A stretch of DNA of 62,732 nt, the filler included, from Rhabdomonas costata (Eukaryota), in NCBI GenBank assembly GCA_019059605.1. It is 48 parts of 48 records of this genome, joined end to end, with 100 filler letters (N's around TTAATTAATTAA, not from the genome) between each part and the next. Parts side by side here need not be neighbours in the genome. Positions count along the whole stretch, not along the records: positions 52,366 to 53,573 come from JAHMHO010023552.1; positions 53,674 to 54,881 come from JAHMHO010023553.1; positions 54,982 to 56,190 come from JAHMHO010023554.1; positions 56,291 to 57,499 come from JAHMHO010023555.1; positions 57,600 to 58,808 come from JAHMHO010023556.1; positions 58,909 to 60,117 come from JAHMHO010023557.1; positions 60,218 to 61,424 come from JAHMHO010023558.1; positions 61,525 to 62,732 come from JAHMHO010023559.1; 40 more parts are not named here. One strand, given 5' to 3'. The notes under the pieces were generated by a model. The model was not told where the DNA came from. It made no database searches and was given only the letters and a program-made list of their open reading frames with translations. The translations under genes and the position numbers were made by a program. This document shows, one piece after another, positions 52,746 to 62,732 of this stretch. Position 1 is the first letter of the stretch; every line of letters starts with the position of its first letter.

Positions 52746-53430
52746 GGACCTTGTGGACGGCAAGACGGGGATGATGCCGGAGTCCTCCATCGAACCGGTG
52801 TCGCTGGTTCCCCAGTATGATTACGTCAGCAGTGTGCAGGACCCCAGCCTCCTCAGCAAAACGGTGGTGCTGAAACTCAACGGTATGGCCATGCGCGCAA
52901 CTCTGCCGCCGCACCGCTTTTGCCAGTGTATGTGGTAAAATAGGGGGTAGAGTCTTCTCCAGTGTTTTCGGTGCTTTCGGTTGTTTTGGGGGAAGTCCAT
53001 TTTGCCAAGCCGCATACGCCTGCGGTGGGCAACACAGGTCCGCCAATGCAAATGTGGAGTTTCGGTAGATATTATACTCATCCGACGATCAAACAAAAGC
53101 GCCAGCTCTATCCCTCCATATCCCTCCATTTTGTCATCCCCTCCTCCGTTGCTTCCTCCCTCCATCTCTTCACATCCATCGGGATGGTATAATTTTGCAT
53201 CCGAAAGGCAGAAAAAATCAGCGGCTTTCAGGCTTTCTGTGCGCCCATAGCTTCGTCGCAGCCCTCGTGCCTTCGGGCACCTCGCTTTTCTGGACTTTTT
53301 TTTATTGCTGGAAGATTGATTTATCCTCGTTCCTTCTTAGGTGGGTGGAACTAGCATGGGGCTGGAGAAGGCGAAGAGCCTCCTGAAGGTGAAGGGGGAC
53401 GACACCTTCCTTGACTTTATCGCCAAGCAG
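52746..53430 (+). CDS. UGP: UDP-glucose pyrophosphorylase, exons 52746-52882 and 53341-53430, with an apparent frameshift
   Basis: GKTGMMPESSIEPV...TVVLKLNG | GTSMGLEKAKSLLKVKGDDTFLDFIAKQ. Confidence 0.9.
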
Positions 53431-53797
53431 GTCGGCTCGGCCACCCCTTTGGGGAATTATCCGGAAGAAGGGGATGCATTTTTTTAAAGTTAATGTCCCG
53501 TTTGTGCGATTCTGCCCCCCCCCCAACTTGCGCATCTTTTTGGCGACTTCAATGCCTCGCGTACGACGGTTTTNNNNNNNNNNNNNNNNNNNNNNNNNNN
53601 NNNNNNNNNNNNNNNNNTTAATTAATTAANNNNNNNNNNNNNNNNNNNNNNNNNNNNNNNNNNNNNNNNNNNNTGTGTGGGGTTAGACAGACTGATCAGC
53701 CATGGAGCAATTAGGTCGCCATAAAGGCAGTTATGATGGTGTATCGTGGCCGGCGCAATGGCTGCTCTGCGTAATCACGTGGTCCTCTCTCTTTCAG

Positions 53798-54458
53798 GGA
53801 TACCCGCCACCTGAAGAAGAAGCTCCACACCTTCCTCATGCACACCGATGAGGTAAGGGCACTGCATCCTATCGGATTCGAATGCTATGGCTCAGGATAC
53901 TTATCGGCACTGGTTTTGTTCAAGTAAATGTCGACAAATGTTGGGCGAATCGATGGCCAAATACGGTTTCCTCTGAAGAATGCAAAGCCATGGTTTTTTT
54001 TCGTCCTTTTCTTGTTAATTTTTTGAGTGGCTGTTTCCCTTGAGGGCATTGGGCACAGCGCACATTGGCACAAGCCGGATTGTCGGCGGTCGGGTTGGAA
54101 GAAAATGTTCTTCGCCCTTTTTTGGTTGAAGAGCATGCCACCTCATAGTGGGACGCCGTTGGGCCTTCATACTGAGAACCTCACTGTGAGGAAGTGTAGT
54201 TCTACCCCGTTTAGTGAATGAGCGTGAAAGCGGGTGTGGGAAGAGATACAAACCTCATCCCAGCAATTCTCACATGAGTAGCCTCCCTGCATGTGGTGGA
54301 TGTGGTGGCCTTCCCGAGTGTGTGTGTGTGTGTGCATGGGAAAGGTCTTCGCCGTGCAGTGGGCGCCCTTTAACGAGACGGTGTTAGCCTCCAGCGCGGC
54401 TGACCGCCGGATTTGCTTCTGGGACATCACTCGGGTGGACGCGGTGCAGTCCCCGGAG
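53798..54458 (+). CDS. Histone-binding WD40 protein RBBP4/MSI1-like, exons 53798-53852 and 54345-54458
   Basis: DTRHLKKKLHTFLMHTDE|VFAVQWAPFNETVLASSAADRRICFWDITRVDAVQSPE. Confidence 0.88.
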
Positions 54459-55417
54459 GTCTCTGGTTTTCTCTGGCCCACCCTTGGGATTTCCGCTTTC
54501 CCTCCCGGACTGGGCGGAGACAAGCGAGGTGACTTTTTAGAAAGCAGGCACCAGCGCATACATCTTCGACGATCGTGCTCTTTGGCTGTCGTTCAGCAGA
54601 TGCTCCGGGGTAGGGGGGACGTAGGCAGATGAGACTGAGTTCCACCCCTGGAGGGAGGCCGCTTGTGCAAACGCTCAACATATGACAAGTGGACAACTAT
54701 AGTTTGTAGTTCCAGGTGACCACAGAGGTTATGACACATGCGCTCCCCGTTCGCCTTCGCCTGCGTTTTGCTTCACACGTTCCCTTTTGCTTTGTGCCGC
54801 TTGCCGCGAACAATAGGACGCCCAGGATGGGCCCCCCGAGCTGCTTTTTATCCACGCCGGGCACACCGCGTCCACCCAAAANNNNNNNNNNNNNNNNNNN
54901 NNNNNNNNNNNNNNNNNNNNNNNNNTTAATTAATTAANNNNNNNNNNNNNNNNNNNNNNNNNNNNNNNNNNNNNNNNNNNNCAAACTCTGAGGTGCGTGG
55001 ACTGAAATCGCAGGAAAGCAAAAGGGCATCAGCCCGCGTTTAAGTTTCGCTTTTGACAGCGAGGTTGTTTCAGTCTTGACCTTTGGGATTTGGGGGAAAG
55101 GTAAAATATATCCCGAAACTCAGAAATTAGTAATTTACTAGTTTCCAGTTGCAGTCGTGGGAACGCTATAAAATGCCGCCAGGCTGTTGTTGAGGCATAC
55201 GATGTGTTTTAAACGTTTTCGCCAAACTGAGGCTAAAAAGCGCGTGTTCTGGTGTTTCTGAGTTTACGGTATAACCAACGTGCTATAGTATAGAGCAAAC
55301 TTGAAAAGCAGCTCGGATGCTTGGGATTGGTGGATTCGAAGATTCGAACCGCCCCCCACCCCCAGTGGTTCTCTCCCTTTTATCTGTGGCATCCTGTAAA
55401 AACAAAAAACAACAAAG

Positions 55418-55530
55418 GCTTGTGAGCTGGCGGTCAAGCTGGTGCGGGTCTCGCGGACTTCGCAACTGCGGCTGAGCATCGGCATTGTGTTTGGGAAGGG
55501 TACCTACGCCTCCATCGGCTGCGAGGCGTT
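55418..55530 (+). CDS. Possible class III nucleotide cyclase domain exon (end uncertain)
   Basis: ACELAVKL...LRLSIGIVFGKGTYASIG resembles the L.IGI..G....G.IG motif. Confidence 0.4.
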
Positions 55531-56539
55531 GTCTGTCTTAACGGTCTGCTTTTGGGGAGGGGCATCCCTCACGGGAGCTGTGAACTTTCGCTTCCTGAAA
55601 AAGGAGATAGAAAGAAACGTTCCTCTTCCACAGAAGTGGACGCAAAGGGGTTTAGGTTCATCTCAGGTTCCCAGGTGGAGCTTTGGAAGTAGTGCCAGTT
55701 CTAAGCAGCTCTCTGCATTAGGAAGTGGTGATCTGGGTTTGAAAAAGCAGACTTTGGCCCTCACAAGGGAATGGGGGTTGCCGCCAGTCGGCCTTATCAT
55801 CACTCTTTTTGTTGGGCCTTAAAGTTGGGGCGAAACCGGAGCCTATGCAGAGTGATCTGATCCCTTCCATGTGGACCTCGATGCAGTTATTTTTGTTTGT
55901 GGTTTCCAGCAGAGCACTTTGGAGTGTGCATCCTTCATGATGTGGTATGTGTGAGGACGTCCAAAATTCAAAAGAATTCAAAAAATAAACGGCCCGAGAT
56001 ATCCTTCCATCCTCTGCGCCATTCACTGGCACAAAACGTTCTGTTTGACTGACGCGGAACCGTTCAGCCCCGTGCAAACCGTGGCTATAATAATTCGTTT
56101 GAAGACCATTCTTCATTCATCGCCTTCTTACATCAGGCAACCATGCACCAGTGGTGCCAGGTGCCCCCCACCAAAAGCCTCATTTAACGANNNNNNNNNN
56201 NNNNNNNNNNNNNNNNNNNNNNNNNNNNNNNNNNTTAATTAATTAANNNNNNNNNNNNNNNNNNNNNNNNNNNNNNNNNNNNNNNNNNNNTGGTAAGAAT
56301 TTAGATGTGGGTTGTTGTTCAGAGGGAAAATGGCCGTTATTATTTTTCCGCGTGTTGCTTTTCACGCTTGAACGGTGAATTGAGGTTCTCTTTTTTGTCA
56401 CCTTTTCTCTTTTATTTTGTGAACAGCTTGCTGCCTTGTTTTCTGTTTGCCTTTCCTTTTTGCTTTTGTACGCTGCGTCTTGAATGAGACTTTCTTCACT
56501 GAAACCTCGAGCACGGTCAAAACTTAGGCACTCCTGGAA

Positions 56540-56953
56540 ATGAGCCGACCCTCTTCCCTCACTGCGCTGGGGCCGCCACTCCCGGCCTCCACCTCCTCCA
56601 GGAGTCCGACGACCTCTCCGACCCCACCAGTACCACCCCTTTCTTCACCCGGTCCCCCGAAGCGTCGTGCCCAGTTCGATGCCTCCAGTCCCGATGAGAT
56701 CGGGGTTTCTGCGGACTTCGAGTGCAAAATCTACAGCAAGGGGTACACGGGGGATGGGATGGTGTTCTCCACGCCGGAATACCTGTGCTTCCGCCCGCTC
56801 GCGGAGAATGTGAAGGGGGTCAATCTGCCGTGGAAGTCAGTCTTGCTGATCACGCAGACCAGCCCGAAGGAGTTTGATGTCATTACGAAAGCGGAGTCGT
56901 ATACCTTTTACAGGGTGGATGACATCGGGCACCGTTTCACTCAGTTGCAAAAG
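56540..56953 (+). CDS. GRAM-domain protein exon
   Basis: Pro/Ser-rich lead, then DFECKIY...GMVFSTPEYLCF...LPWKSV...VITKAESYTF. Donor gtatg. Confidence 0.75.
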
Positions 56954-58755
56954 GTATGAAACAAGGCTTGCCGATTATGCTCTGGTAAACTTTTTCATCC
57001 TGGTAATCGATAAACTGCGGCACCACCCACACTGAAGGCGGATTGCAAAGAGATCTGCTTGGTGATAATCTTTGGAGAAGTCGACACGGGATGATTTTTT
57101 GATCTTTTTTGCACCCCACAAGCGTACACACGGTTTGATGAACTGCCTCTACGCGCGCTTCCAAGATTTGCCGAAGTTATCATTTTTTTTCTCAAATGAA
57201 AGATGCAGTGTGATTTCCTTCAGGGAAGAAGGCGAATTTCCGGCGAATTTGTATTTGCCAGATCAACTTGAGGATGATTTCAAGGAGAAAAGTTGATCGC
57301 TTAGATATCGTTTAGATATGGTCGAACTTTTATATGTAATAAAGAATCGAGAAGGGAAATCTGTCTTTTTCAATCGTTCCAAAAACGAAGTTCTCAGGGT
57401 CCAACAAGAAAAGCGGGACGTTACATGACATTGCGTGTTTCTGACCCCCCTCCCCACCCTGTTGCGTTGAGTTTTGAAGCGAGATTTTGACTCCCAAACN
57501 NNNNNNNNNNNNNNNNNNNNNNNNNNNNNNNNNNNNNNNNNNNTTAATTAATTAANNNNNNNNNNNNNNNNNNNNNNNNNNNNNNNNNNNNNNNNNNNNG
57601 GGTTGGGGGGTCTGGAGTGATACGGGACCTGCAACGGGTGCAGCACATCGCTACACCAAGTGGGTGTGCGAAGAGCTGTGGGCAGCGTCCTAACAAAAAC
57701 AGTCCACAATCTGCGAGAATGAAACGTGTACGGCCGTATGTCGCTGTCTGTAATGTGATGATACCTTTCCATGTGTTCCTTGGTTTCGCGCTTGTTTCTG
57801 ACAAACATTGGTTTATAGATGTATGCTGCAGCAGACCGCAAGAAACATGCGTAACCCCCTTTTTCGGGCACAGATGTCCCAAGGTGGAGGAGTTATACAC
57901 ACTTACACGCAACGGGGGCGGGGGGTGCTCTCGGGGGTCTCCTCCGTTTTTCTCGCTCAGCTCCCACCTCACCAGTCCTCGGGGCTTTAGGGGGAGGATT
58001 TGTTCCCCTGTAGAATCCTGGCGTCCCTACCCCTAGTTCTGAGCATTTTCCTTCTCACCTAGGTTTGACTTTGGCCTCATCGCTGCCCACCAGCGGGTTT
58101 GCGCTTCTGGTCATTGCCCTCTCCCTCCCTCCACCGGCCCTTTGCAGAAGAAGTCGCTTACACGCGCTGCGTGGAGCTGTGGTGAACACATTTCTTTTTC
58201 GGTGTGCAAGACGACGTGATACGACAAAAACAAACCCACTGAGGACCTTGGTGGCCATGTTTTTCCTTCACGAAGTAGTCCTGAGGTGCTGCAGTCTGTC
58301 GGTGAACGTCTCACACAAAACGTCGAACATCAAATTTGATGCATTGATAGAAGATGCAGAATTACCTTTGAGAGCGCACATCTCCCATTCCACGTGACTG
58401 AGGTGGTGATGCCTCCAATCATCCAGCACTCTTCCTAAATCAACCCACCAGTAGCAGTCATCAGTAGCCGGTGTGGGCGAAAGCCATTTTTCGCGAATCT
58501 TCCTCCAAAGACCAATGCTACCATTCAAAAACGCCCCTCCCCCCGTCGGAGTTTCTTGTGATTGTGCGACAACAGTGGTGGCGTTTCTTCGTATGCACCC
58601 CCTGAACAACTGCCATTCTTAGCTTGTAAAGGAGCGAACGAGTGACCTCAGATCAAGAAAATAAAAATCAACCCCTCACCACAACCTGTTGGGGGACATA
58701 TTCATATTCAGTTTCAGTTGTGCTAACATCCTTTACAATCTACACAAAGAAGAGC

Positions 58756-58798
58756 AAGTCAAGTGAAGTGAAGTCAAGTGAAGTGAAGTGAAGTGAAG
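58756..58798 (+). repeat. (AAGTG/AAGTC)n pentamer array
   Basis: Visible tandem array. Confidence 0.9.
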
Positions 58799-60513
58799 AA
58801 GAGGGCAANNNNNNNNNNNNNNNNNNNNNNNNNNNNNNNNNNNNNNNNNNNNTTAATTAATTAANNNNNNNNNNNNNNNNNNNNNNNNNNNNNNNNNNNN
58901 NNNNNNNNCAGACGAGAGCTATATCTTCAGGGTGTTTTTTACAGCTTGTGTTGAATTCTTCCCCGGCACTTCTGTTCAGGTGAGTTTTTCCCCTTTGACC
59001 TGCACACTCGTGTGATCGACCTTTTTCCGCTTTTTCACGCCGGCACGTTTTAGAAATTCTATCGTAAAAAAGTCGCAAAAGAAAAAATCGTATACGAGTC
59101 AGTGAGGATTCCGGATAATGCTGAATGGAGACAATGCGATCGTACCGCAAAACTTTGGAGTTCGTCGTCATCTTCTTGCCATCCTCCGCACTGATGTTCT
59201 GCAGCCTCTCCTCCGTGAGCCCAATCCCAGAGGAACACAGGGGCAAAGGCTCCGCCCCACTGCCAAGATCAGGGGTGCACTCTTCATTTGCGGGGCACGC
59301 AGGGCTCGCGACCTCCTTGTTACCGACCAGATGTGACTGCGGCGCACACTGCACGGAGATCACGGTGTCCCTTTCCGAAATCGGGCCGCTTTCCACTAAT
59401 GGAGCCTTCCGCAGAGAGGAGCTGGACAGGTTCACTGGGAACATCCCAGATAGAGCCGGGGATAGGCTGGCAGGGTTCCGAGCATAGCTGTTGAGGGGGC
59501 TTGGGACATTCACCAGCAGCGGTCGGGAAGTCCCCAATGGGCTGACCTGGGTAGATCCAGAGGGCGATTTCTCCATAGTTACCACACGTTGCAAGGAAGG
59601 AATCTGGCACGGTCAAGACAGGTGCCAGGGCAACGAACTGGGCCCGTCGCGAGCAACGAGTCGGGCTGCCGTTCTCTCGGCAAGCGCAACAACAGGACTG
59701 CGCGGCCAAGGGGTTGGGGCCGACAAGTGCAGCGCTGGAAGCACTAGACTCTTCGGAGGGCCGGGCCGGAGCAGGGGGAGGGTTCTCCATTGAGAGTCGA
59801 GAGAGGTCTGCCAAGTGAGGAGGAGACTCCACGGCGGGGCCAAAGCCAAGGCGCAGCGCATCCCAGACCAGCTGGGACCCTCGGGTAGAGTGCGGAAGGA
59901 TCTCCACAGATCCGGGGAACGCCCCGGAGTCGGTGTTCGGGGCGCTGGGGTACACTGCCCTGGAGCTGACCGATAACCGTTGTCCGGGAGCCGGGGCGAT
60001 CGGGAGCATCGCGGAGAACGCCGTGGCGAGGATGGGCAGCGGGGCAAAAAAGACGGTGGGTAGGCACACCGCAGGAACCACCACACAGCCTACCAATGTG
60101 CACAAAGACACCGCCCGNNNNNNNNNNNNNNNNNNNNNNNNNNNNNNNNNNNNNNNNNNNNTTAATTAATTAANNNNNNNNNNNNNNNNNNNNNNNNNNN
60201 NNNNNNNNNNNNNNNNNGGGTTTTTTTGTTGGGCCTAAGGAGAACTTTCTTGAGCTTCGGGATTCTGGAGGAGGAGGCGGGCGAGGATGCGAGCGTAGGT
60301 GTCCCCACTCTGTGAAAGGCACTAACTTTTAAAGAGCTCAGACAGACAGAGCGCTCATGCTAGTACCTGAGCAAACCATGACACCATGGCACGAGAGTTT
60401 CAAGCAAACCGCAGAAGCAATGCACGCTTCCTGCTATTCCACACCCACTGCCACAAGCCTCTCAACTGCCAGCCGTCCCCCTCCCCTCAATCTTCCTGAT
60501 AGCGACAACCTAC

Positions 60514-61025
60514 CTGTACAGGTCCAGGGCCCAGAGCAGCCAGTAGTAGCTGTCACGGCGGATCTCAAACTCGAGGGTACACAACGAGTGCGTGATGTCC
60601 TCCAGCGAGTCGATGATGCAATGGGTGTAGTCATACGTGGGGTATATGCACCACTGCGGAGGAGGGAGACACAAAGGACTTGCCTGTGCGCCACGTTTCT
60701 GGCTCAGCGGATACTGGAAAATGTTTTGTTGACAAGGATAAGCACTTAAACCCATCGCTTGATGTGGTTATTGGAGAGCGAAAGCATCGGGAAAAAATGG
60801 ATGCGAATGGGGGCTAATCATCCATCATCCATCCCATCTTTAAGCGGCTTCCGAAAGGGTACAAACTTGTCCCACTGTGCCTCTGTCCCCCCAAATCCAA
60901 AACAAAATCGAAATATGCACCTTATCCTTGGCGTGGGGATGAGGATGGTACTTGATCCTGTAGGCGATGACGTCTCTCATGTTGGGGTTGTCGTGCATGT
61001 AGTCCATCTTCAATCTCAAGATGAC
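60514..61025 (-). CDS. QARS: Glutaminyl-tRNA synthetase, exons 61025-60921 and 60653-60514
   Basis: LRLKMD...[61 protein letters not shown]. Confidence 0.95.
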
Positions 61026-62732
61026 CTAGAGAGCAGATGAGGATGTTGCTGATTAAGTATCGTGCGCCCCCCATGCCGTAAGGTGAGCGATGCGCCCTCC
61101 CATGCAAAGGCGGAAAAACGGGGGGCTCCAAGTAGCCGGTAAAAGGCCTCTAGAGCACCTGTAAACGCAGGCTTTCCGGCCCACTTCGGTGTCAGCATGT
61201 AGCACTCCTTGACTTAGGTTTGAACAGCCCGGGCAGAAGGCTCAGGCTCAAGGGTCAAAATAAATAGGCCGAAACTGGGCCTTGAAGGTCATATTTTCGC
61301 ATAACGCAGGAATAGGAGAAGCCAACTCACCTCAGCAATTCAACCAGAAACTGTTTCCTTGGTGACGACCTCACGCTGCTATCTTAAATCCCTTAAACCA
61401 CACAACCCCACCACACCCAACACANNNNNNNNNNNNNNNNNNNNNNNNNNNNNNNNNNNNNNNNNNNNTTAATTAATTAANNNNNNNNNNNNNNNNNNNN
61501 NNNNNNNNNNNNNNNNNNNNNNNNGGGGTTTGTGGGGGAAGCGGCATTCGCGGAGTCCGGAAACCGACGGGGGATAGTGGGCGCCTCACTCTCCAGCGGA
61601 GCGTTGAGCGAGTTGAATCACAGTGTGTCGCTGTCTCAACGAGATCCAAAACAAAATGAATAGGAGAGTGCTGAAATCGCTGAAGCGCAAAAGGGAAAAC
61701 GCAGTGAATTGTTACAGCATGAGCAACACGTTGACGTCTCTGCGTTTCCAAGGTGCAAACGCTGGTGAAAACCTCGATTGCGGCGCATCCACCCGCTCGA
61801 ATCCAACAGGGGCAGACAGGAGCAGCGGGGACGGAAGGTATTATCTCAGTTGTCTCGTGTCAAAGTCAAATCCTGGCTGACTCGCAAAGAAGTAAAGCAG
61901 AGCATCCTATTGTTCAAAGACACCTTTCGTCACACCGTTTCGGACAATCGAAAGGGGTGTAAGATGCAGGATTTCGATGGAAGACACGTTGCGTTGGAAC
62001 CTTTCCTCTTGAGGTACTTAGGCTTTTTGTAATCCCTTCGCGATCTTCAGGTGAGACAGGCCAGGAGTTACCTCACCGTATTTCACCTCTCCCACCGAAC
62101 CCCGGCAAGCAAAGATGCGTTGTATGCTTCTCTGCTTGAGCATGATACTTCTTCGAAAGGTCAGCTTTACACGCTTCAGGTGACGCAGAAGAAAGCAGTG
62201 TCCATGTGGGCGAGGGGTTCCCGATGCTCACGGCTTCGGACCCGCGGAGGGCATCGCGTGGAGCCCGCGGAGGATTTCCTGGAAGTCCCGCAGTGCACTG
62301 GAGGCACAGCACCGCTCCGCGGTGGACGGGCTTTGCATCTCAGCCAGCAGCCGCGAAAGCGCCCGCAGCTGAAAGGGGAAAAATGGTGAGTGATCTGGGC
62401 CACTATTGTTGGGACTACAATGGGGTGCAAAAAAGGTGAAAAAAAGGTGAAAAGGACCCTCCATCCCATTTTATAGCCCTCCAAGAGGAACCCCTATATC
62501 AAACCAAATATGATTCTGGCGATTAATCCCCATGGGTGCAGCACTGCATCCTCTCACTCTTCCCTGAACCTTCACAAAGATGCTTCCGCTCCCAGGCCGC
62601 CTGGTCTGTCGCACACCACAAAAAAAGTTTGACCATGAGTGCCAGCTTGTGCTTCTGAAGCAACTCTCTCAGACCAGACATTGCCTTGGACGGAGGCCTC
62701 CAGACGGGGCTTTCAAATGTCTCTCGCCGTCT

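Noticed and set aside
58909..60117. Long overlapping Pro/Ser-rich ORFs (also 50237-50956)
   Set aside because: Possibly coding, but low-complexity and GC-rich, with no recognisable domain.
60218..60310. Third GlnRS exon
   Set aside because: Its translation does not match the expected P.VWE.SRL continuation.
1211..61524. Regularly spaced TTAATTAATTAA units resembling a repeat array or CRISPR
   Set aside because: They are synthetic linkers embedded in N runs. ORFs ending in XXXLIN or XXXN are artefacts of the linker.
1..62732. tRNA, rRNA, spliced-leader RNA or CRISPR arrays
   Set aside because: None recognised by eye. A covariance-model search (Infernal/Rfam, tRNAscan-SE) would be needed to exclude them.

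Overview
This is not contiguous DNA. It is 48 unrelated contigs of about 1.2 kb, joined by 47 identical 100-nt spacers (N44-TTAATTAATTAA-N44), so nothing can be inferred from neighbours across spacers. Many contigs start with G/T-only runs or end with C/A-only runs, and several end in perfect fold-backs, which suggests a whole-genome-amplified (probably single-cell) library. Most contigs come from an intron-rich eukaryote, probably a protist; a euglenozoan affinity is my impression only. These show GC-rich exons and GT-AG introns of 219-1002 nt. Recognisable fragments: ankyrin proteins, PMCA, PanK, GlnRS, UGPase, RBBP4/MSI1, EFL1, CPS, elongase, 5'-nucleotidase, DUSP, GRAM, rhodanese, BMT5-like, a fucosyltransferase, a Cache-type receptor, ART and PARP-like domains, and decayed gag, LINE and Merlin elements. 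The most interesting contigs are: an AT-rich giant-virus-like contig with hairpin signals (22265-23473); an intronless 2H-phosphoesterase plus vWA frame split by one in-frame TGA (40858-41797); an intronless bacterial-type carbamoyltransferase (13103-14311); and an exon enclosed by 88-bp inverted repeats (28806-30015). I could not establish a new multi-gene system. All protein calls are motif recognition by eye, not database searches.
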